From contig NC_086385.1 in NCBI RefSeq assembly GCF_036588685.1, positions 14,407,216-14,471,215 of the forward strand: a DNA stretch of 64,000 nt. Direction: 5' to 3'. Under the pieces are notes generated by a model. It was not told the DNA's origin, searched no databases, and worked only from the letters and a program-made list of their open reading frames with translations. The DNA is from Mytilus trossulus. Its lineage: Eukaryota. The translations under genes were made by a program, and so were the position numbers. Positions 38,201 through 50,200 of the stretch are shown here, piece by piece. The stretch's first letter is position 1, and the number at the start of each line of letters is the position of its first letter.

Positions 38201-41200
38201 ACGAGTCCGGATTCATCAGGAAATTATCATTTTTCGGTTTTAATTCCTTTAGTAAGAGATATATATTTGTCTCTCTCGTTTAATTGCTTCTAAATGATAT
38301 CGTATTTTACGTTTTTTTATCAGGGTCTATAAATAGTTATAGGATTACTTTCACGCATGCGTAGCACAAAGTACAGGAAGCACCTGTTTATCTCGTGAAG
38401 ACAATTTGAACGTTTTGAATAAAGTTCTATATAATATTTTTTAAATGGAAATTGTCGAAAGTTTTTGATGGCAATTTATATCAATTGTGACGAAAATGCG
38501 TTCAAATGACGAATCTACGACAAACGAACTTTAAATTGTGATCGTTTGAGAAATAATGAACTTCAAATGCGAACTGTCCGGGGGTAACAAATTATTTCAA
38601 TCAAATGACGAAACTATACTCCTGGTTGTTGAAAAGCCAACTGACTGATGTTCCTCGGGAAAAAAATATAGTGGTCAATTATGAGATTTATTAATAATTA
38701 ACGGATTAGTGACCCATCGGATGGCGAAAAGCAGATAAGTTGTAATCACAACTTGTAACACCTGTTGAAAATGTTAATTACCTGGGGGTCATAAACTTGT
38801 CAAAAACATAAAGACAGGTAGATTTATAGTATTTTAATGAGAAAATATTTTTACACTTTCTAAATTTAAGTGACGAAATTGATTTGAAAAACTTTCGTCA
38901 ATGCGAAAACCCTTTCGTAAATTACGAAAGTGACAAGCGCTAGCAAATAGTTATCAAAGGTACCAGGATTATAATTTAGTACGCCAGACGCGCGTTTCGT
39001 CTACATAAGACTCATCAGTGACGCTCAGATCAAAATAGTTAAAAAGCCAAATAAATACAAAGTTGAAGAGCATTGAGGATCCAAAATTCCAAAATGTTGT
39101 GCCAAATACGGCTAAGGTAATCTATGCCTGAGATAAGAAATTCTTAGTTTTTCGAAAAATTCAAAGTTTTGTAAACAGGAAATTTATAAAAATGACCACA
39201 TTATTGATATACATGTCAACACCGAAGTGCTGACTACTGGGCTGGTGATACCCTCGGGGACGAAACGTCCACCAGCAGAGGCATCGACCCAGTGGTGTAA
39301 ATAGTTATCAAAGGTACCAGGATTATAATTTAGTACGCCAGACGCGCGTTTCGTCTACATAAGACTCATCAGTGACGCTCAGATCAAAAATCACTGATGA
39401 CGATAAGTGGATCACAATATATATCGTGCCGATTTTCTTCGATTCGATTGAGAAAAACTTACATTCACATGAATATAGAACATTTTAACCATTGAAAGCC
39501 ATGAAATTTGGTATCCAATGAATAATAATGATTATTCACAGTTTTGTTTTACATGTTTAAAATCAAATGCTTTATGGACATATTTGCGATCAAATTTTTG
39601 TATATCACTTTAATTGTGATATTGTGTATATCCAGACACTCTGGTTTCCTCCACCATATAACTGACCACCACAAAATAGCACATTAGTGGCTTCAAACAG
39701 CCTCAGACTGCACAATTATTTAGTGTTAACATTATCACAAAATCTTGAGTGTTACAGATTCCGAAATAGCTAAGTCTATGGTTATACTAGATTGGAAGCA
39801 TTTCTGAATTAAGAAAAAGAATCGTTTGAAAAACGAAACATTTAAATTTTTTGCAAAAAAACAAACCAAAAAAAGACAAAGAGAATGCGAAATTTGGACA
39901 GGCAATTGTAAATTTTTTGTGTTGATTATAAATGTAGGTTTAATGTTTTTGTTTTTGTTGACAGTCATTGAACCTGTCCTCCTCAAGTTCCTATGAAACA
40001 GACGGCATGGAATCTGAGACAGAGAGACAAGAAAATGGGATAACATATACCCTTATGGATACAGGGATGCACCAGCCTGAAAACGGAAACTTTAAAGAAA
40101 TCGAACAACCCGACTCTGCAGACCTAATTGAAAAGGAAAGGTCCAGTTTTAGAGATCTTATCAGCAGTGATACAAAAAGAGATGATGATGTTATTGGGCT
40201 TAATCGACAAGGCTCTGAGCCTAATGACTTCAAGCTGGATCTCTCTGATGATGATAATCTGAAAGTTTCCCCCGCCATTATTCTAACTTCACCCTCGCCA
40301 ATTCATTTTGAATACCCTACATCTCCTGTCAACTCTTCAGCATTGAAGCCTCAATTTCAGCTTGGGCCCGTTTCATCTGGTGCCTCTTCCACTGAAGACA
40401 TTCAGCATTTGGGTAAAGTCTGGCCTATCAAAAAGAATGGTAATGGGTCCAAAGATGATGACAAAGTTGTATTTTATTTTGGCGACACTGAATCAGTCAG
40501 TTCTAAACAAAATACGCCGAAGAAAACGTTTTACTTAGCTGATGAGAATTCTTTGTCGTCACGAAAGAAAGAGTCGGAAGTAGGATCATTTAATTCTGTG
40601 ACATCATCAATGTCTAATCCCGCAGACACGGAATCGATATATTCGGGAACATCTGTTTCACAGGGACCTCCAGACACAAACTGGATTGATGTACTGTCCG
40701 ATGCCAGTGCAGAACCTCTGCTGTCACAAAGTGCATCACAGGAAGGAGCTAAAAGTATAAAGGAGGCTGTAGGGTCCAGCAAGGTCAAATTTCATATGGG
40801 TAGGTTGGAAAATCAATTACTACTTGTCTCAACAGTAATTGCCTATTATGATTAATGTTTTTGGGGGGTAGAGGAAATTTATTCTTTTGTAAGTTAGAAA
40901 ATGGGAAATTTAATATTACTTAGCAACTAAAATGAGAATGGATTTTAGACCCCAAAAATTTTTTAAATGAACTTTTTCCAGGCAAAATCATGAATAGAAA
41001 AAAATAAAACTATGAAAATCTGACTTAGAAAAAAAGTTATTTCAGTAGATACAAAAAAAAATTACTTTATTATTTATGGCTGCAAACAGATGCAGAATAG
41101 GTGAATAATGAATTAATTTGTAGACTCGCAGAACCAAGGATTCATTAATTTATATATTTGTTTTTGAAAAGTGTTTACTTACAAAGTTTTTCATTAATAT

Positions 41201-44200
41201 ATAGAGCGAGAGAGGAAAGAAGCCTATTTAAGTGCATTAGTTGAGGGTGAAGAAGGTAGACTTAACCTTTTATCATGTTTTATTGATAACCAATAGTCCA
41301 TTTGCCAATTACCAATTTGATTCTGTTATTACACACTTTAAACAAATTACTTCCCTTTGTCAATCATCAACTGGTTCTATACCAGACAAAGTTGGCTTTT
41401 GTCAATGCAAATCATGATGAATTGAAAGTGATGTGTATTGGCGGTTTAACTAATTTTTCATGAAAAATAATTTCTCATGTCAAAAGCATTTAGCTTAACA
41501 ACTAATTATTGTAATTGAAAGATTTGAAAACCTTAAAGATGACTCACATTACGCACAGGTAATTTTGCTCTTTCTGCTAGCTCTCCATTGTAAATAAGAA
41601 TTAATGTCCCTCATAAGGGAGACAACTAAAACAAGGGATCTTTATTTACAGGGTTAATAAAGGTAATTGGCAAATAGACTGTTCATTAATCGGAGCCTGA
41701 TCGTTTATAGATTTATAGATAATGGGTAGAATGCGGTAGAAAAATATTAGAGTCTAGTTTCCTAATACATGCAGAGTAAGAGATGTATTGTCTTAACTTG
41801 CCTGACTTGCATTGTAATTAAGATTGACATCTGATATAATAGCAATACAAGTAGGCAGAGTCAACATGAGTATAGTTAAACATTGATTATTTAAAAATGT
41901 CAAATCAAATTCAAATAAACCTCTTATAGCTGACTATGCGGTATGGGCTTTGCTCATTGTGGAAGGCTGTACGGTGACCTATAGTTATTAATGTATGTGT
42001 CATTTTGGTCTTTTTTTGGGTAGTTGTCTCATTGGCAATCGTACCACATCTTCTTTTTTATATATACTGTATATATACAACTCTGCCTTTTCATATTGTT
42101 TTCAGATGTCAATCTTAATTGCAATGTTTGAGCAAAAATTAATACAAAGCAAGTACGGCAAGTAGGCCACAACAACTTTTACTCTGCATGCATTAGGTAA
42201 ATAACTTTAAAAGCATAATTATTCGGAGTCTGATCTGTTATAGATATTAGATATTTGGAAAGAATGCGGCAGAAAAATATTACAAACTTATTTTTGCTGC
42301 TTAAAGTAAGAGATTGCTAATGATATTTTATGCTAGCAACTTATTTTTTTAGGTTTTGAGTTGGTTTGAAATGTTGTTCAACCAATAAGTGTTCTAGAGG
42401 TGTTTTGAAACTTTTTTCTTTTCTTTAGAAACTTAACAGGAATTTTTATTTCCAAGGCTATTAATCCTGTTTTATTCTCTGAGTTACAAAGAATCAACCT
42501 TCAATGGGAAAAACCAACAATGATTAAATTCTTATTAGAATCTAAAATAAAATGTGAATTCTTTAGGAGAGATTATCAACGTAGAAATACCTATGCATTT
42601 TGAACCTCAATTCAAAGGTCAACTTCTCAAGGTCATGAGAATGACCTTTTGATACAGGTTTGACCTTGTTTTTTCAACTTTCCTTGTTGATGCTATGCCT
42701 GTGGAACCCCTAATCTAAAATTTTGTTTATGTCAGATTACCTTAACCATTGTTAACTTAGGCTAGTTAATGCATATCTTACAGAATGCTTTTGTAGTTTA
42801 ATAGCTAGAGTTTTATAACTGATACTGGTATTGTAGAAATGTTTTATTCAAGTGCATATTTACCTAGTCACCTTTCTTTAACAATTGCAATGATTTTAAA
42901 TGCAAAACTGTTGTCAAAAGTTTAGATCAATTTTGTTGTGGGGGGGGGGGGAATTATTTTTAAAAATGAAAGTGAAATTAGAATAATTATGTTGCCAGGC
43001 CCACTGGAGAAATTCTAAGAAAAAGATTTATTTCTATACCACCAATCTTACTCAAAGTGGTGTCTTATAAAAAATCATGGATTGATCCTAAATTGTACAA
43101 GAATGAATGTTGTCTCTGTACCTATCTGTATTTGTATTTTGCAAAAAGCTACTAACTGATCATCCATATCATATCATGTCATAACGATTCAGGATGAACA
43201 GAGAAAATACATCATGGCAATATCATACCATTCATCCTGGACATTTTTGTAGCCTATATATCAATATGATATAGTACTGTGGAGGTTCATTCTTGATAAT
43301 GATCATAGAATTGTAGAGGTTCAATCTTAGTAGCGATCATAGAATTGTAGAAGTCTGTTCTTAATAGTGATCATACTATATTAGAGGTTCGTTCTTTATA
43401 ATGAACATAGTATTGTAGAGGTCCATTCTTTATAGTGATTAGTGTATTGTAGAGATCCACTCCTGATATTAAACTAATCATAGGATTGTAGAGGTCCCTT
43501 CTAAACTATGATCATGGTATTGTAGAGGTCTGTTCTCAACTATGATCATGGTATTGTAGAGGTCCGTTCTCAACTATGATCATGGTATTGTAGAGGTCCG
43601 TTCTCAACTATGATCATGGTATTGTAGAGGTCCGTTCTTAATAGTGATTATGGTAAATGTATCATCATGATCATAGAGGTTCATTCTGAGGATGGATTTC
43701 AATAAATAAATTTTGGTGTTTTAACCTTTTTAGCTCACCTGGCCCGAAGGGCCAAGTGAGCTTTTCCCATCACTTTGCGTCCGGCGTCCGGCGTCCGTCG
43801 TCCGTCGTCCGTCGTCGTTAACTTTTAGAAAAATCTTCTCCTCTGAAACTACTGGCCCAAATTGAACCAAACTTGGCCACAATCATCATTGGGGTATCTA
43901 GTTTAAAAAATGTGTGGCGTGACCCGGTCAACCAACCAAGATGGCCGCCACGGCTAAAAATAGAACATAGGGGTAAAATGCAGTTTTTGACTTATAACTC
44001 AAAAACCAAAGCATTTAGAGGAGATCTGACATGGGGTAAAAATGTTTATTAGGTCAAGATCTATCTGCCCTGAAATTTTCAGATGAATCGGTCAACCCAT
44101 TGTTGGGTTGCTGCCCCTGAATTGGTAATTTTGTGGAAATTTTGCAGTTTTTGGTTATTATCTTGAATATTATTATAGATAGAGATAAACTGTAAACAGC

Positions 44201-47200
44201 AATAATGTTTAGTAAAGTAGGATTTACAAATAGGTCAACATGACCGAAATGGTCAGTTGACCCCTTTAGGAGTTATTGCCCTTTATAGTCAATTTTTAAC
44301 CATTTTTCGTAAATCTTAGTTATCTTTTACAAAAATCTTCTCCTCTGAAACTACTGGGCCAAATTGAACCAAACTTGGCCACAATCATCATTGGGGTATC
44401 TAGTTTAAAAAATGTGTGGCGTGACCCGGTCAACCAACCAAGATGGCCGCCACGGCTAAAAATAGAACATAGGGGTAAACTGCAGTTTTTGACTTATAAC
44501 TCAAAAACCAAAGCATTTAGAGGAAATCTGACATGGGGTAAAAATGTTTATCAGGTCAAGATCTATTTGCCCTGAAATTTTCAGATGAATCGGTCAACCC
44601 GTTGTTGGGTTGCTGCCCCTGAATTGGTAATTTTGTGGAAATTTTGCAGTTTTTGGTTATTATCTTGAATATTATTATAGATAGAGATAAACTGTAAACA
44701 GCAATAATGTTTAGTAAAGTAGGATTTACAAATAAGTCAACATGACCGAAATGGTCAGTTGACCCGTTTAGGAGTTATTGCCCTTTATAGTCAATTTTTA
44801 ACCATTTTTCGTAAATTTTAGTTATCTTTTACAAAAATCTTCTCCTCTGAAACTACTGGGCCAAATTGAACCAAACGTGGCCACAATCATCATTGGGGTA
44901 TGTAGTTTAAAAAATGTGTGGCGTGACCCGGTCAACCAACCAAGATGGCCGCCACGGCTAAAAATAGAACATAGGGGTAAACTGCAGTTTTTGACTTATA
45001 ACTCAAAAACCAAAGCATTTAGAGGAAATCTGACATGGGGTTAAAATGTTTATCAGGTCAAGATCTATCTGCCCTGAAATTTTCAGATGAATCGGTCAAC
45101 CCGTTGTTGGGTTGCTGCCCCTGAATTGGTAATTTTGTGGAAATTTTGCAGTTTTTGGTTATTATCTTGAATATTATTATAGATAGAGATAAACTGTAAA
45201 CAGCAATAATGTTTAGTAAAGTAGGATTTACAAATAAGTCAACATGACCGAAATGGTCAGTTGACCCGTTTAGGAGTTATTGCCCTTTATAGTCAATTTT
45301 TAACCATTTTTCGTAAATCTTAGTTATCTTTTACAAAAATCTTCTCCTCTGAAACTACTGGGCCAAATTAATCCAGACTTGGCAATCATCATCTTTGGGG
45401 TATCTTGTTTTAAAAATGTGTCCGGTGACTGGACTATCAAATCAAGATGGCCACCACAGCTAAAAATAGAACATAGGGGTAAAATGCAGTTTTTGGCTTA
45501 TAACTCAAAAACCAAAGCATTTAGAGCAAATCCAACACGGGGTAAAATTATTAATCAGATCAAGATCTATCTGCCCTATAATTTTCAGATGAATCTGACA
45601 ACCCATTGTTGGGTTGCTGCCCCTGAATCGGTAATTTTAAGGAAATTTTGCTGTTTTTGGTTATTATCTTAAATTTTATTATAGATAGAGATAAACTGTA
45701 AACAGCAATTATGTTCAGCAAAGTAAGATTTACAAATAAGTCAACATGACCGAAATTGTCAATTGACCCCCTAAGGAGTTATTGTCCTTTATAGTCAATT
45801 TTTAACAATTTTCATAAAATTTGTAAATTTTTATTAACATTTTCCACTGAAACTACTGGGCCAAGTTCATTATAGATAGAGATAAATGTAAGCAGCAAGA
45901 CTAGTAAAGTAAGATTTACAAACACATCACCATCACCAAAACACAATTTTGTCATGAATCCATCTGCTTCCTTTGTTTAATATTCACATAGACCAAGGTG
46001 AGCGACACAGGCTCTTTGGAGCCTCTAGTTTTCTTTTTTTCCAGTACATTTGAAATTATGCAATGTGCATATTTCCTCAAGGTATATGGTATATTTTTCA
46101 AGTATTTTATTTGAATAGGTATGGACGAGGATTCAGAACCACAAAATAAAGTCACATTTAAAATGGGTAGGTATCCAGGTCACATTGATTGATTGATCAG
46201 CTTAGACTTATATTTGTTACCTCAAATTGGTCTGCCAAACTTTCTTTCAAAAAGTTTTCCATTGAAAACTTTAAGATATAGAATTTTTAACTTCAGCAAA
46301 TGAATATAAACAAAATGGCATTTAATTGTTGTTTTATAAATTTTTAATTAAAATTTGTTTAGAAAAATTGTTTTTCATTTGAAAATTTTTAAAAGAGGGA
46401 AACAAATATAATTTTAAGCGTGATTCTCACAGGACTTTGGATTTTCCACATCATTTTGATTAAGCTAGAAATATTTTTTCCATAACCTCAAGTCACTTTT
46501 CACAAGAGACATATTTACATCTATGTATGCAAATTTGTCTGCAATCATTAAAAAGTCACGCAAATTCAAGCAAAAACACTTGATGTTAAAATTCAAAATT
46601 GATTGTCACATTATATGAGAAAGAGAAAATTCAGCTAAATACCCAAAATGCAAATATGTCTATTCCTCTGTAACCATGTTAAGTATTCAACCCACCCCCC
46701 TCCCCCATAAAAAACTCAGGAAACAAAATAATACCATCTGCTGTGATAATGAATAGAATCAAACAAAAATTCTATTTCAAAAGGCAAAATAAATGTATGC
46801 AAGTTCACCTTGAAGAATGGTCGAATAGATTACAAAATCTTGTCCTAATAACTTCTTTTTTTCTTTAAGCAAAATCCAAAGAACAAAGACCAAATTGATG
46901 TGACCATATATGTTTCTAGCAATAGACATGACCAAAACTTACTAGTGTCGATTTAATTTTGCACAAATCCAACTTTTTTTTCTTTTATCGTATGCATTTG
47001 GTATGATCTTTTATTAATAACGACTATCTAGATCTGTTGATTTGCATTTTCACTTGACTACAGGTATAGATGAAATCTTAGATTGAAATTGATTGAGATG
47101 TTTTGTTAGATCTCTGAATAGATATCAGTAACATAAGCACTTAACAAATTCTTCTTTCTTCTTTTATGTATACACTTTTATAAAAAAGAAATATATATGA

Positions 47201-50200
47201 TGATAATTTCCTAAATTATATAGATAGCATTTTACAAATTTGTAATTTATCTAAATTTTGTATCACAAATTATGAATTTTGGCGTGTCTTTAATATTTTA
47301 AGTTCATCTAAATATTCTGATTAAAAAAATATCACTTTTCATACTTAAAAAGACAAACATAAATAACTAAAGTCCGTAAGATAAACAAAAATTGTGATCT
47401 GTCCTTGTTTTTTTTTTGTTTTTTTATATATATTCGTTTTATTTAGTGTACTCTGCTCACCTAACAACCATTCACCTTTGTCTGTTTTGATTTCACCTAT
47501 GATCATGTACACTACAACCTGGGAGTATTTTGTCATTTCTACCTTTACACAGTGGAAGAGGGTCAGAGTGGACGAAATTCAAAATGGCCACCTTTTGGAA
47601 AAGATGTGCCATTTCTTTTCTTTCATCATAAGAATGGAAATGAATATACATAGAAAGAATTATTGAAATCTACATTTTTCATTAAACCTTGAAATTTGAA
47701 TTCAAAGATATAGACTGTCCACTTTGGGTAGGTATAAAGGACAAAATCCACATGGCTGAAATGTATATATATCATTTTCAACATCTGCTTTTAATGCTTT
47801 TCCTGCTTCTTTGCTTCTATCATACAAATGTTTGTACTTTTGCTATAAATGGTAGATCATAGTAGCATTTTAGAAGACTTGTTTTTCTTTGTTTGTAGAA
47901 ATTTACCATTTCAGAATCGAGGGATTGCCTGTAATTTCATTGTTTTTTCATTGAAAAAACCTTATTGGTTAAAATTCTGTTGTTTAGAACTTTGTTTATC
48001 AATCACAATGCTTTAATGTATGCTTCAAAAAAAATATACCCAGAATGCATAAGATTGTGAAAGGGATGATTGGATAATTTCATATATAATTTGTGTAGCA
48101 TGTAGCATGTATTATATATACATGTGTAGTACAATGTTAGCATGGTTAAACATTTATTACTTTGGCACAGGTATGATTTATGATAAACCCGGCATTTTTT
48201 TCTTTTAATTTTTTATAGGGATTTTGTATCATGAGCTTATAAATCATTTCCCTTTTGGTCCATTATTTTTGATTGATTGATTGATTGATTTTTATTTATC
48301 AATGCTTCTTTTGGTGGAGGAAGAGAGGCTGGGGTGTCCAGAGAGAACCAAATAAAACCTCAATATCCACTTGCAGGGTTCAAATTAACAACATCAGTGT
48401 TGACAGGGTTGTGGTATTGCACAATAACTTCAGAATTTGCAGAACATATGATATCTGAAATTTAAAACTTCAGTTTTTCTGAGCTATTTAATTAAGTTTA
48501 TAGTTGATATGTATATTTATAGGGGCAGACAGTAACTCTAATCTAGAGGCTTTGGACAAAGAAAATGACCCATCTGTAGAGCAAGTGGTTCATAATCAGA
48601 GTAGGAGAGGTTCAAAGTAAGATATGATCCATTTCTACAATTTAATCTGTCCTTTCATAAATAATTCTAGAAAAGTAGAAAATTACTGTAAATCAACCTA
48701 TATTCATAGATAAAATTGAGAATGGAAATGGGGAATGTGTCAAAGAGACAACAACCCGACCAAATAAAAAACACAACAGCAGAAGGTCACCAACAGGTCT
48801 TCAATGTAGCGAGAAATTCCTGCACTCGGAGGCGTCCTTCAGCTGGCCCCTAAACAAAAATAGATACTTTATTTCTTGCTGACTTCACAGTATTTATTTT
48901 TGCAATTTTCTAATTTTCTTAATTTAGTTATGCAATGGAAAATCATTAACAACCATTTATTCAAATTCAAATTTTTTTTTTCAACTTGCAAAAGTCAAGA
49001 GAGAAAAAATGGTTAGTATCTTGATCACTGGAATTACAAATTAAACAAATTTCTATTGATAGGTCAAAAGATAGGCGGCCACACAAGCACCGTCATCACC
49101 ATCACCACCATGAGCATTATAAACAAGAAGATTTGTTGCTACGACGACAGAAGGGAAGTGAAGTCCACTTGGACCAAAACCTTCACCGTGTACCAACTGA
49201 AGCTGATGAGGCTAATTTACTACAAACTGCTGACTTGGATGAAATGGCCAGTATGTATTGTTTCTGTTATGGAGGCCTAACATGGGGATATCTAGGAATC
49301 ATAAAATTATTTATTTTTCATAAATAATTATCAATTTTTATAAAAGTAGTAATTAAATAATATTAAAAAAAATAAAAAGTGTTTACTAGTACATGTAATT
49401 GCATGATCATAAAAATTAGAATGTTATGCTATAAATGTAAAGCAATAAATGAGGGTACTTATTTCTGTTTAAAAAGAGGCAAAACATACTAAGGTACCTT
49501 AAAACTTACAGATCTAAGATTATCTAACAATATCACAGTAGAAATCAAAGACAAACAAATTTATATCAGTCTGCATGCTTAACCACAAAAAAAGACTTGT
49601 AAAATTGCTTTCTGGCTAGTACAATTCTTTTCTACAAGCCAACAGAATCCAACTAAAATTTTCATAAAGTGGAGATTTGGTTTCGTAGATTCAAAAGTAA
49701 TACACAGTACATTAAAACTAAAGACTGAGCATCACAAACTCCTTATGAAATTACAAAATGAACATTTAGTGTACATGTTTCCCTAAAAAGAGGCAAAAGA
49801 TATAAAGGGTACCTTAAAAACTTGCAAGATAAAGATAATTAACAATATCACAGCAAAAAACACAGACAAACAAATCCAAATACAGTACATAAAAATTAAG
49901 GGCCTTCTCATTGAGTTATGAAATGAAAAAATTACTTTTTAGGCCACAGATTGGAGAACTTACAAGGAATAAGGAGACATAAAATCAACAGGAAAAAACG
50001 TAATGCCATGGCGTCCATTGTCCATATTGGAAAGGCTGACAAAGGGAAGAAAAAGTTTTACAAGGAACCAAAGAAAAAGTTTGATCATAGTCCACATGAG
50101 GTAAACAATGGTATTCATAGTAACAATCTGACCTTAGGTCAGAGGTAGTAAGTTCAATCCTAGGCCAATCATACAAAAGACTTTTACATTACTATTACAG

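Larger units (their letters stand above)
38945..39389 (-). mobile_element. Retrozyme / non-autonomous Penelope-like element: 354-nt monomer with 91-bp direct terminal repeats
   Basis: Identical repeats at 38945-39035 and 39299-39389, each containing a hammerhead ribozyme on the - strand. Confidence 0.85.
37656..39396. mobile_element. Non-autonomous DNA transposon (CAG...CTG ends, 6-bp TSD ATGACG), right TIR split by the retrozyme
   Basis: ATGACG|CAGGGTTTAAGCTAG ... CTAGC[retrozyme](A)nTCACTG|ATGACG. Confidence 0.7.

Noticed and set aside
39234-39295. Hammerhead-like CTGGTGA...GAAAC on the + strand
   Set aside because: Core has G in place of the conserved A, stem II does not close next to GAAA, and no UH site adjoins stem I; the - strand fold fits better.
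39735-40788. Antisense ORFs 39735, 39991 and 40531
   Set aside because: Shadows of the sense coding exon.
44375-45672. Paralogous short ORFs 44375 and 45379
   Set aside because: They are units of the HINE tandem repeat.
47553-47605. 53-nt candidate exon ([18 protein letters not shown])
   Set aside because: Weak donor GAT|GTGCCA and incompatible phase with the next exon.
47051-48180. CAG|GTAT juxtapositions near 47063 and 48170 as recursive splice sites
   Set aside because: The intron is short and the motif is expected by chance.
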